In this document: piece after piece, positions 1 through 7,987 of the stretch
Layout: every line of letters starts with the position of its first letter
Numbering within the stretch: the first letter of the stretch is position 1
Source of the DNA: Patescibacteria group bacterium
GTDB taxonomy: Bacteria; Patescibacteriota; Patescibacteriia; Patescibacteriales; GWC2-42-12
Assembly (NCBI GenBank): GCA_041662965.1
Contig: JBAZRI010000001.1
Location: 163,680-227,679, forward strand
DNA length: 64,000 nt
Reading direction: 5' to 3'
Position numbers and translations under genes: made by a program
Notes under the pieces: generated by a model
The model's input: only the letters and a program-made list of their open reading frames with translations
Told to the model about the DNA's origin: nothing
Database searches by the model: none

Positions 1-2895
1 ACTCCGGAAAATATCCCTAATTCAGGGGGCTCTTCTAACTCCCTCCTTGATATTCTTGAAGATCAGAACAATCAAATAGATAAAACGGGCGTACCCGAGG
101 CATATCAATTAAAAGTAGATAATAAAAGCGATATTCTGGAAAGCAGAGAAGAAGATTGGATTGAAATTAAAGAAGACGGCTCCATTGAGAATAAAGGTCG
201 GATTATGAGCTACGATTATATTTCTGACAAAAAACTTGAAGGCAATTTTTTATTTAATGGCCGCCAATATACGAACGCGAAGATTGTAGAAGAAAAAGAA
301 AATACTAAAACTATAGTTTTTTATTCGGGGGATCATTTTTATCAAGGCGAAGATGGAATTTATGAAATTGTCCATGGGGCGACTACTACAATTGAAGCCT
401 TTTTAGGCCAAACTAAAGTCAGCTGGTTAGGAAAGATTTTTGGCCAGGAAGCTTTCGCGACTGATTATTATACTTCTTCTGATAAGTCAATTTATACTCA
501 AAGTTCTAATTTTTCTACGGCTCACGACGCCACTTCAGGAACTGTTTATAACCAATATGTTACTTGCCATTGGTCCAGCGACGGAAATTATCAGGTGCAG
601 AGATATTTTGCCAATATAGATACTTCCGCGATTGGTCCCGGCTATGCCGTAACCGCTGCTTCATTTACGGCTTATACCGGTAAACGAAGGAATGATAACG
701 CTGGCAACATGGCATATAATATATATAATTCTAGCCATACGGACCCCGCTGATCCTGATTCATTCAATGACGCCGGAACTACTGCGTGGTCAACGGATAA
801 ATCTTGGGGTTCGTTAACACCCGATGGATTTTTTACTTGGGATTTCAATACTGCCGGAAAGGCCGGAATTAATATGAGGGGAACTACTTTTCTATCCGCC
901 AGAGAATCATATTATGACGTTGGAGATGTGGCTCCAGTTGCTAATAATACTGAAGATGGTTATTCCTTATTTTTAACCAGTAACGCAGGTTCCAATGATC
1001 CTTATTTATCAGTAACTGTTACGGCATCCGGTAATCCGCCGCTATCGCCTACGGATCTTTTAGCAGAGGGCCAATCTAATCCGACAGGTGTAACAGATTT
1101 AACTCCTGAATTTTCAGCCATCTATACCGATTCTGATTCCGGTGATAGCGCGGTAAGCTACCAGCTTCAGGTTTCGGCTTCAAGCACTGACTGGACCAGT
1201 TTAATGTGGGACAGCGATAAATCTCCTCTGGCGACTACCACCGAAGGCAGCAGGTCTCCGGATATATCTTATAATAGCATCACCCCTTTAGAAATGGGCG
1301 GCCCTGCTTATTATTGGCGCATCAAATTTTGGGACGACGAAGATACCGAGGGCGCTTGGAGCACGAGCACGGCTTCGTTTATTATGGCCGGCTCAAACAA
1401 CATCCAAAATTTTAATTATACTTATGACGATATAGGCAATATTGCCAAAATTGAAGACTACTCCAATAATAACGGGGCTAAAATTATTGAATTTAATTAT
1501 GATGATTTATACAGATTAACTAGAGCTTCCAGTACCATGGCCTCTTCCACCAATTTTCTGGAAACCTACTCATATAACGCCATCGGTAATATTACAAATA
1601 AATTAGATGTGGGGAATTACCTCTATCAAGGCAATTCCGGCACCAGCCAAGCCAATCCTCATGCCGCCACCTCGATTGACGGCGCGACAAACGCCTATGA
1701 CCATAATGGCAATTTAACCAGCGACGGAATCTGGGATTATACCTGGGATTACCGCAATAGGCTCATAGAGGCTACTAACGGCACTTCTACCCTGCGATAT
1801 GGTTATGACCACGAGGATAATCGAATTTGGGCCTTTGACGGGGTGGCGACGACTACTTATATAAATAAGTATTATAATATTTCAAGCACGGGGACTAGTA
1901 CTATAAATATCTTCGCTAATAATCAATTAGTCGCTACCATAGAGGGTAATGGAATTGCGACCAGCACATATTATATCCATACCGATCACCTTGGCGGGTC
2001 AAATGTAATTACTGATGAAAACGGCGACGTTGTACAGCTATTGGATTATTATCCGTTTGGGGGAATACGCCTTAATGAAAAAGAAAGTGATTTTGATGAA
2101 GCACGTAAATTCACGGGGCATGAATATGACGCAGAAACTGGACTCAATTATATGATTGCCCGTTATCAAAATCCTGCTATAGGAAGGTTTGTTTCTCAAG
2201 ACAAATTAGTTAATGATATCGGGATAGATACAAGGCAGTTTAAACAGAAATATGGGAAAGAATTTAAAGAAGTGTTAAGCAATCCTCAAGAATTAAATAG
2301 TTATAGCTACGTTACGAATAACCCATTAAAATACAGAGATCCTAATGGAGACTCTGGTTTTAGTGTTGTTTTTGAAGCTCTCGGAAAAGGATTATCAAGA
2401 ATAGCAGGTCCATTTGCCGTTGCAAGTTATGCATATGATTTATTTAAACCAAGTCCTGCCGGTGGAGATCTCGACAAAGGCCAGAGTTATACAAACGGAA
2501 CAATTGCTCCAGACAAACAAAATAACAATTTTGGCACTGGTGCTGTAGTTGCAGGAACTGTTAAACAAAGCGGTATGCAAATAGGTTCTAAAGTGGAAGG
2601 GTTTGGAGAAGTCATTGGAAATACCCCCGGCAAAATTACTGGTTTTTTCAGAGAAGGCGCACCAAATCCTTATCATGGCCTGGATCAGGCGATTACAAGA
2701 GGGGTAAGCCCAAGCGAAATTATAGATACTGTAAAAAATCCGTTAATTACCTTTAGACAAGGGAATGGTAATATATATAGGTTGACAGAGAAAGCAGCTG
2801 TAGTCTTAAATCAAGCAGGTAAGGTTGTTACTATATATGGAAAATCTGATTTCTATCCTAAGGTAGTTCAACTATTAACAAAAATTATTAAATAA
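1..2895 (+). CDS. RHS repeat-associated core protein with variable C-terminal toxin tip (5' end runs off the window)
   Basis: Frame 1 is open from nt 1, with no stop before the first ATG at 205, so the 896-aa track ORF is partial. YD/RHS-core signatures are present (YTYDDIGNI, YDHNGNL, WDYRNRL, YYIHTDHLGGSNV, FTGHEYDAETGLNYMIARYQNPAIGRF). The core-end motif NNPLKYRDPNGD lies at about 2320-2352 and is followed by an unrelated ~180-aa tail. Confidence 0.85.
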   Translation, partial: TPENIPNSGGSSNSLLDILEDQNNQIDKTGVPEAYQLKVDNKSDILESREEDWIEIKEDGSIENKGRIMSYDYISDKKLEGNFLFNGRQYTNAKIVEEKENTKTIVFYSGDHFYQGEDGIYEIVHGATTTIEAFLGQTKVSWLGKIFGQEAFATDYYTSSDKSIYTQSSNFSTAHDATSGTVYNQYVTCHWSSDGNYQVQRYFANIDTSAIGPGYAVTAASFTAYTGKRRNDNAGNMAYNIYNSSHTDPADPDSFNDAGTTAWSTDKSWGSLTPDGFFTWDFNTAGKAGINMRGTTFLSARESYYDVGDVAPVANNTEDGYSLFLTSNAGSNDPYLSVTVTASGNPPLSPTDLLAEGQSNPTGVTDLTPEFSAIYTDSDSGDSAVSYQLQVSASSTDWTSLMWDSDKSPLATTTEGSRSPDISYNSITPLEMGGPAYYWRIKFWDDEDTEGAWSTSTASFIMAGSNNIQNFNYTYDDIGNIAKIEDYSNNNGAKIIEFNYDDLYRLTRASSTMASSTNFLETYSYNAIGNITNKLDVGNYLYQGNSGTSQANPHAATSIDGATNAYDHNGNLTSDGIWDYTWDYRNRLIEATNGTSTLRYGYDHEDNRIWAFDGVATTTYINKYYNISSTGTSTINIFANNQLVATIEGNGIATSTYYIHTDHLGGSNVITDENGDVVQLLDYYPFGGIRLNEKESDFDEARKFTGHEYDAETGLNYMIARYQNPAIGRFVSQDKLVNDIGIDTRQFKQKYGKEFKEVLSNPQELNSYSYVTNNPLKYRDPNGDSGFSVVFEALGKGLSRIAGPFAVASYAYDLFKPSPAGGDLDKGQSYTNGTIAPDKQNNNFGTGAVVAGTVKQSGMQIGSKVEGFGEVIGNTPGKITGFFREGAPNPYHGLDQAITRGVSPSEIIDTVKNPLITFRQGNGNIYRLTEKAAVVLNQAGKVVTIYGKSDFYPKVVQLLTKIIK
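1066..2056. repeat. Copy A of the ~1 kb duplicated RHS block (FN3-like domain plus RHS core)
   Basis: Aligns to 3363-4353 at a constant offset of 2297 nt. The stretch 1339-2056 appears base-identical to 3636-4353. Confidence 0.9.
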
Positions 2896-2900
2896 ATTAT

Positions 2901-3185
2901 ATGAAGAACTTAAGTACTTTAGAACAATATAATAAACTTTATACGGAAGTTGTCAAAATTGTTAATAAAATTGATCCGTGCTTTTATAGCGGTCCAGAAG
3001 ATGAATATGATTATAATGTTAATCAATTATTGAGTTTTATCAGAGATCATCAAATTAATCTGGAAAATTTTGATCCGAAGTTGAAAATAATATTTTTTGG
3101 TCAAAACGCGATTGAAAAAGAAGAATCAGAAAGATTGTTGCATCTGAGTCAGTTGTTAAAAAGCTTACTCAGCGATTGGTTATAA
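2901..3185 (+). CDS. Putative immunity protein for the RHS-1 C-terminal toxin
   Basis: A 94-aa acidic ORF starts 5 nt after the toxin stop on the same strand, in the usual toxin/immunity position. No recognisable domain. Confidence 0.5.
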   Translation: MKNLSTLEQYNKLYTEVVKIVNKIDPCFYSGPEDEYDYNVNQLLSFIRDHQINLENFDPKLKIIFFGQNAIEKEESERLLHLSQLLKSLLSDWL

Positions 3186-3272
3186 TAATGATTTCCCTTC
3201 CCTATATTGTATAGGCTGGGTAATATATAGATATATTATTTTTTCCTCTCTCATATATAATTAGCTCCTCAA
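3186..3272. repeat. Inter-cassette spacer, copy 1
   Basis: The sequences aatgatttcccttccctatattgtatagg and atattattttttcctctctcatatataattagctcctcaaATG recur at 5540-5631. Confidence 0.8.
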
Positions 3273-5228
3273 ATGAATAGACGATTTTCTTTGCAAATAT
3301 ATATTTTTTTATTTATTTTTTCTTGGCCATTATTGTCGTCGGCCGCTACTAATCTTCTAACAGAGGGCCAATCTAATCCGACGGATGTAACAGACTTAAC
3401 TCCTGAATTTTCAGCAATCTACAATGATTCTGATTCCGGTGATGACGCAGTAAGCTACCAGCTTCAGGTTTCGGCTTCAAGCACTGACTGGACCAGTTTA
3501 ATGTGGGACAGCGATAAATCTCCTCTGGCGACTACCACCGAAGGCAGCAGGTCTCCGGATATATCTTATGCCGGCGACTCTCTCTCGGAAATGGGCGGTT
3601 ATGCTTGTTATTGGCGCGTTAAATTTTGGGATGAAGAAGATACCGAGGGCGCTTGGAGCACGAGCACGGCTTCGTTTATTATGGCCGGCTCAAACAACAT
3701 CCAAAATTTTAATTATACTTATGACGATATAGGCAATATTGCCAAAATTGAAGACTACTCCAATAATAACGGGGCTAAAATTATTGAATTTAATTATGAT
3801 GATTTATACAGATTAACTAGAGCTTCCAGTACCATGGCCTCTTCCACCAATTTTCTGGAAACCTACTCATATAACGCCATCGGTAATATTACAAATAAAT
3901 TAGATGTGGGGAATTACCTCTATCAAGGCAATTCCGGCACCAGCCAAGCCAATCCTCATGCCGCCACCTCGATTGACGGCGCGACAAACGCCTATGACCA
4001 TAATGGCAATTTAACCAGCGACGGAATCTGGGATTATACCTGGGATTACCGCAATAGGCTCATAGAGGCTACTAACGGCACTTCTACCCTGCGATATGGT
4101 TATGACCACGAGGATAATCGAATTTGGGCCTTTGACGGGGTGGCGACGACTACTTATATAAATAAGTATTATAATATTTCAAGCACGGGGACTAGTACTA
4201 TAAATATCTTCGCTAATAATCAATTAGTCGCTACCATAGAGGGTAATGGAATTGCGACCAGCACATATTATATCCATACCGATCACCTTGGCGGGTCAAA
4301 TGTAATTACTGATGAAAACGGCGACGTTGTACAGCTATTGGATTATTATCCGTATGGCGGAATACGGCTCGATGAAAAGAACGGTTTATTTGATGAAAAG
4401 AAAAAGTTTACCGGTCATGAATATGACGCAGAAACTGGACTCAATTATATGAATGCGAGATATCAAGATGGAAACATCGGACAATTTTTATCTATTGATC
4501 CGATGTTTTTTGATGTTGGAAAAGATAAAGCGATATTTAAACAGCAATATGATAAAGATATGGCCGCATTATTATCTAATCCGCAAGAATTAAATAGTTA
4601 TAGTTATGTAGTAAATAATCCGATAAACAAAAAAGACTTAACAGGAAAAGCTTTTGTCGTAGATGATGCTATCGGTTTTTTGGGAGGAGGATTAGTTGGG
4701 GCAGTTGTTCAGGGTGTTAGCTCTATTATAAATGGGCAGACTCCCCAATTAGCTGAACTTTCAGGTTCGTTTGTAACTGGAGGAATTATAGGATGGGGAG
4801 CTATTAATTCTCCTGAAACACTTGGCGCATCAAATGCAATTTCTGCCGCTATTATAACAGGGCTTTTGGGAGGATTTTATGGAGATTTAACAAAACAAGG
4901 AATTAATATAGCAACAGGAAAACAGGAAGGTGGTATTAATAGTAACGAGCTTAGCTCCAATACTCTTATTACTGCGGGTGCAGGTGGTTTAACGCAAGGT
5001 GTATTACCGAATGCAAAAGTTCCAGGGCTATCTTCTGGCCGCGGAAATATGAACGCAATAGGTGAATCAATGAGAACAAAGACAGTAAATGGTACAATAA
5101 AAAGTATGTCAATAAATTCTGCTACAAAATCCGCTGTAGGATCTCAAGCAGCCAATCTCTATCGTACAATCGTAAATGGGGCCGTAGATATAGCTCGTTC
5201 AATTTATAATAAAATTAAAGAAAAATAA
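3273..5228 (+). CDS. Sec-signal RHS-core protein with glycine-zipper-rich C-terminal tip
   Basis: N-terminal signal peptide MNRRFSLQIYIFLFIFSWPLLSSAA. It has the same FN3-like domain and RHS core as the upstream gene. The core-end motif NNPINKKDLTGK ends near 4649, followed by a Gly/Ala/Ile-rich tail (GFLGGGLVGAVVQG, TGGIIGWGA, TGLLGGFYG). Confidence 0.85.
   Translation: MNRRFSLQIYIFLFIFSWPLLSSAATNLLTEGQSNPTDVTDLTPEFSAIYNDSDSGDDAVSYQLQVSASSTDWTSLMWDSDKSPLATTTEGSRSPDISYAGDSLSEMGGYACYWRVKFWDEEDTEGAWSTSTASFIMAGSNNIQNFNYTYDDIGNIAKIEDYSNNNGAKIIEFNYDDLYRLTRASSTMASSTNFLETYSYNAIGNITNKLDVGNYLYQGNSGTSQANPHAATSIDGATNAYDHNGNLTSDGIWDYTWDYRNRLIEATNGTSTLRYGYDHEDNRIWAFDGVATTTYINKYYNISSTGTSTINIFANNQLVATIEGNGIATSTYYIHTDHLGGSNVITDENGDVVQLLDYYPYGGIRLDEKNGLFDEKKKFTGHEYDAETGLNYMNARYQDGNIGQFLSIDPMFFDVGKDKAIFKQQYDKDMAALLSNPQELNSYSYVVNNPINKKDLTGKAFVVDDAIGFLGGGLVGAVVQGVSSIINGQTPQLAELSGSFVTGGIIGWGAINSPETLGASNAISAAIITGLLGGFYGDLTKQGINIATGKQEGGINSNELSSNTLITAGAGGLTQGVLPNAKVPGLSSGRGNMNAIGESMRTKTVNGTIKSMSINSATKSAVGSQAANLYRTIVNGAVDIARSIYNKIKEK
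3363..4353. repeat. Copy B of the ~1 kb duplicated RHS block
   Basis: See 1066-2056. The encoded protein is identical from TEGAWSTSTASF through LLDYYP. Confidence 0.9.
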
Positions 5229-5229
5229 T

Positions 5230-5517
5230 ATGAATGATTTAACAAAAAATAAAAGAATAGGATTGATAATTTTATGTTTTACGGTAATTGTTTTTTTTCT
5301 CTCAATTTTATTTTTTAATCAATCTGGTACATATATACAGTATAAAAACTTAAATTATATGGTTAAAATGCTAATACCGTATGGATTAGCGATTTTAGGT
5401 TTATATTTTGGTTTGTTTTTTGCTAGTGGTAAAAAAGTAGCTAATCAAGTTGGGATAGGGTTATTAACATTATTGATTATTGCATACATTTTAGGAATTT
5501 TAATTCATAAGAATTAA
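5230..5517 (+). CDS. Putative membrane immunity protein (3 TM) for the RHS-2 tip
   Basis: A 95-aa ORF starts 1 nt after the toxin stop. It has three hydrophobic segments (IGLIILCFTVIVFFLSILFF, LIPYGLAILGLYFGLFFA, IGLLTLLIIAYILGILI). Confidence 0.55.
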   Translation: MNDLTKNKRIGLIILCFTVIVFFLSILFFNQSGTYIQYKNLNYMVKMLIPYGLAILGLYFGLFFASGKKVANQVGIGLLTLLIIAYILGILIHKN

Positions 5518-5628
5518 AAATATAAAATAAATCATTAAGCAAATGATTTCCCTTTCCTATTGTATAGAATAAGACTAATAAAATGTTTATATTATTTTTT
5601 CCTCTCTCATATACAATTAGTTCCTCTA
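5518..5628. repeat. Inter-cassette spacer, copy 2
   Basis: Homologous to 3186-3272, sharing the tttccctttcctattgtatag motif and the ttttttcctctctcatatacaattag block. Confidence 0.8.
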
Positions 5629-5652
5629 ATGAATAGACGATTTTCTCTGTAA
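5629..5652 (+). pseudogene. Truncated start of a third RHS cassette (MNRRFSL-stop)
   Basis: atgaatagacgattttctctgtaa matches the first 7 codons of the gene at 3273. Codon 8 is TAA where that gene has CAA, and similarity ends afterwards. Confidence 0.7.
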
Positions 5653-5654
5653 AA

Positions 5655-5790
5655 ATATACGCAGAGTGGTCACGTCGGTGGAGTTTAGCCTCGGGCGGGC
5701 ATACTCGCTTTGTTTCTCACATTGAGGCAGAACCGCCGGGAATCGCACTCCGATATTTCGCGGCACGGGTTCCTTTCCCTCTAGTATAGG
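5655..5790. other. GC-rich non-coding island of unknown nature (possible structured RNA or cassette remnant)
   Basis: About 135 nt that is clearly more GC-rich than the flanking AT-rich spacers, with no ORF of 60 aa or more. It ends in gttcctttccctctagtatagg, a third copy of the cassette-end motif. Confidence 0.25.
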
Positions 5791-5844
5791 AGAGATGATA
5801 AAAATTTGTAATATTTTATACTAGCAGAAAAAGTAAATATTACA

Positions 5845-5876
5845 TAAAAAAAGACAGCGTTTCCGCTGTCTTTTTT
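5845..5876. terminator. Bidirectional intrinsic terminator downstream of rpmA
   Basis: Stem gacagcg / cgctgtc with loop tttc, flanked by an A-run and a T-run. Confidence 0.8.
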
Positions 5877-5888
5877 ATAACTTTAAGA

Positions 5889-6170
5889 TTATTTTTGCGC
5901 TACTACGTTGACGGTTTTCGCCATTACCAGGCGATTATCGTATCTCTTGATTTTTTTGGTGGAAAATTTTACCAAACCGGCGATGCCGGCGAATAAAGTA
6001 TCATCTTTGCCGATTCGGACGTTTTTGCCCGGCCGATATTTTGTCCCGCGCTGGCGGATAATAATTGATCCGGCTTTGGCGTATTCTCCGTCCTGAAGTT
6101 TTACGCCTAAGCGCTGACTTTGCGAATCGCGGCCTAAGGTTGTAGAACCGCCGGCTTTTTTATGTGCCAT
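5889..6170 (-). CDS. rpmA: 50S ribosomal protein L27
   Basis: Classic L27 sequence: [24 protein letters not shown]...[16 protein letters not shown]. Confidence 0.97.
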   Translation of the reverse strand: MAHKKAGGSTTLGRDSQSQRLGVKLQDGEYAKAGSIIIRQRGTKYRPGKNVRIGKDDTLFAGIAGLVKFSTKKIKRYDNRLVMAKTVNVVAQK

Positions 6171-6224
6171 ATTATAAAAAATTAAAAATAAAATATCAAA
6201 AATAAAAATATTTTTGACTATTTA

Positions 6225-6253
6225 AATATAACAAAAGTTCATTTTAATGTCAA
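6225..6253 (-). promoter_or_regulatory. Sigma70-type promoter for rpmA
   Basis: On the minus strand, TTGACA-17 nt-TATATT. Confidence 0.6.
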
Positions 6254-6276
6254 GTTTGCAGGCCGGCCGGCAGGGC

Positions 6277-6304
6277 TTGACAGCTAATTATAGTATGTTA
6301 GTAT
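6277..6304 (+). promoter_or_regulatory. Sigma70-type promoter for the Rrf2 operon
   Basis: TTGACA (6277-6282), 16 nt spacer, TAGTAT (6299-6304). Confidence 0.55.
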
Positions 6305-6311
6305 ATTAATA

Positions 6312-6328
6312 CCAACTAATTTAGTAGG
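6312..6328. promoter_or_regulatory. 17-bp near-palindrome, candidate Rrf2/IscR-type operator
   Basis: CCAACTAATTTAGTAGG is palindromic apart from one symmetric mismatch pair. It lies immediately downstream of the -10 element. Confidence 0.35.
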
Positions 6329-6332
6329 AATT

Positions 6333-6392
6333 CACCCCGTTAAATAATTTTGTCTTCGGCAAAATTAGCGCGGGGCGCTATTTAACGGGGTA
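6333..6392. repeat. Nested palindromic element (CCCCGTTAAATA ... TATTTAACGGGG family)
   Basis: Outer 12-bp arms enclose two inner hairpins (aattttg/caaaatt and agcgc/gcgct). Related copies lie at 29517-29553, 40808-40831 and 49318-49372. Confidence 0.7.
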
Positions 6393-6395
6393 ATT

Positions 6396-6797
6396 ATGAT
6401 TTTTTCCACTCGTTCAACTTACGGCCTAAGGGCGATGATAAATTTAGCCAAGCGCCAAAAGCTGGGCAGCGTTTCTTTGGCCATAATCGCCGAAGAGGAG
6501 GATATTTCTTTAAAATATCTGGAAAGATTATTCGCCAGACTGAAAAAGGCCGGTTTGGTGAAATCTGAAATCGGAGCCGGCGGCGGCTATAAATTGGCCA
6601 GACCGGTTAAGCAAATTAATATTTATGATATAATTATAGCCTTAGAGGGTAAATTAAGCGCCTTCCATTGCACCGGCAACAAAGAAAAAATTTTTTGCAG
6701 TAATCAATGCAAATGCGAGGTAACTTTGGTTTTAACCAAAGTCGAGCAGGCGATTAACTCAACCCTGAAAGATATTAAGCTCGGACAATTATTATGA
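6396..6797 (+). CDS. Rrf2-family transcriptional regulator (IscR-like)
   Basis: N-terminal Rrf2 wHTH (STRSTYGLRAMINLAK...ISLKYLERLFARLKKAGLV) and a C-terminal Cys cluster (FHC..FCSNQCKC). Confidence 0.85.
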   Translation: MIFSTRSTYGLRAMINLAKRQKLGSVSLAIIAEEEDISLKYLERLFARLKKAGLVKSEIGAGGGYKLARPVKQINIYDIIIALEGKLSAFHCTGNKEKIFCSNQCKCEVTLVLTKVEQAINSTLKDIKLGQLL

Positions 6798-7534
6798 GGA
6801 TAATATTTATAATTTCAGTTTTATTTTTATTGGCGTTGCCGGCCTCGGCTCTGGCCGGCCCGGACAGCGATAAAGACGGCGTTCCAGACGAGGATGAAAT
6901 TAAAATATATCATACTGATCCGTTTAGGGCTGATACCGACGGCGACGGCCGTAGCGATTGGATAGAATTAAATAATGGTTATTCTCCGCATAATCCAGAA
7001 AAAGTAAAATTAGAAAATAATGATGCTGACGGCGATGGGTTATCGGATAAAATGGAGTTAAATTTTCATGCTGATTTAAGTAATCCCGATACTGACGGCG
7101 ATGGGTTTAAGGATGGTGAAGAGGTTAATGCTGAATACGATCCGACAAAGCCAGGGGAAGTAAAATTAACTAAAAAAATAGAAATAAACACGGGCCAAGA
7201 GCAAAAATTGTATTATTTTTTAAATGACGTCAGAATGGGAGAGTTTAAAATTTCTTCAGGCAGATCAAGTATGCGCACTCCTCTGGGAAATTTTAAAATA
7301 GACGGCAAAGCGCCGCGCGCCTGGTCAAAATACGGCCTGTGGATGCCTTACTGGATGAGCTTAAAAAACGGTTATTTCGGAATTCATGAATTGCCCGAGT
7401 GGCCGAACGGGGTTAAAGAAGGGGAAAATCATTTAGGCGCGCCGGTTTCGCATGGCTGCGTCAGGCTAGGAGTAGGGCCGGCGGAATTTTTATATAATTG
7501 GGCGCCGATCGGCACGCCAGTAAAGATATATTAA
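6794..7534 (+). CDS. Secreted L,D-transpeptidase (YkuD domain) with calcium-binding Asp-rich repeats
   Basis: Signal peptide, then four DxDxDG-type repeats (DSDKDGVPD, DTDGDGRSD, DADGDGLSD, DTDGDGFKD), then a C-terminal YkuD domain with HGCVRL. The start overlaps the Rrf2 stop (ATGA). Confidence 0.85.
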   Translation: MRIIFIISVLFLLALPASALAGPDSDKDGVPDEDEIKIYHTDPFRADTDGDGRSDWIELNNGYSPHNPEKVKLENNDADGDGLSDKMELNFHADLSNPDTDGDGFKDGEEVNAEYDPTKPGEVKLTKKIEINTGQEQKLYYFLNDVRMGEFKISSGRSSMRTPLGNFKIDGKAPRAWSKYGLWMPYWMSLKNGYFGIHELPEWPNGVKEGENHLGAPVSHGCVRLGVGPAEFLYNWAPIGTPVKIY

Positions 7535-7558
7535 AATTTAAATTTTTAACTAATTTTT

Positions 7559-7978
7559 ATGCAATATTCTAAAAAAGTCATTGAGCATTTTAAAAATCCC
7601 CATAACCAGGGCAGGATTAGCGGCGCCGACGCTATCGGCCAGGTAGGCAATCCGTCTTGCGGCGATGTCATGAAAATTTATTTGAAAATCGGAAAACCCG
7701 CCTCCGCTAAAGCTACGGCGAGGCAAGTAAAAAAAGGCGAAAAAATAATCAAAGACATTAAATTTGAGACCCTGGGCTGCGCGGCCGCGATTTCGGTTTC
7801 TTCGGCCTTAACCGATATGGTTAAAGGCAAAACGCTTAAAAAGGCTTTAGAGATAACCAAAGATCAGATAGTTAAGAATCTTGGCGGTTTGCCGCCGGTT
7901 AAAGTGCATTGCTCAATGCTCGGCGTTGAGGCGTTGCACCAGGCAATAGAGAAATATAACAAATCGCATAACTCATAA
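7559..7978 (+). CDS. nifU: IscU/NifU-type Fe-S cluster scaffold
   Basis: Three conserved Cys contexts are present: NPSCGD, ETLGCAAA and VHCSMLG. Confidence 0.9.
   Translation: MQYSKKVIEHFKNPHNQGRISGADAIGQVGNPSCGDVMKIYLKIGKPASAKATARQVKKGEKIIKDIKFETLGCAAAISVSSALTDMVKGKTLKKALEITKDQIVKNLGGLPPVKVHCSMLGVEALHQAIEKYNKSHNS
7697..7724. repeat. GC-rich palindromic element inserted in frame in nifU
   Basis: cccgcctccgctaaagctacggcgaggc encodes PASAKATARQ, which has no counterpart in canonical IscU. Same family as 25287-25315 and 51054-51077. Confidence 0.65.
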
Positions 7979-7987
7979 CGTAAAAAT

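Noticed and set aside
1066-4353. A diversity-generating retroelement (TR/VR pair), suggested by the duplicated RHS block.
   Set aside because: Differences between the copies (for example acaggt/acggat, agcgcg/gacgca) are not adenine-specific. The divergent stretch is not at a C-terminal lectin-like VR, and no reverse transcriptase is nearby.
5655-5790. A tRNA, 5S rRNA, SRP RNA or RNase P fragment in the GC-rich island.
   Set aside because: I could not build an acceptor/T-arm cloverleaf or find GGTTCGAATCC-like T-loops. I also found no 5S helix I pairing, no SRP GGAA/AGCA domain IV motif, and too little length for RNase P. It is kept only as an unexplained island.
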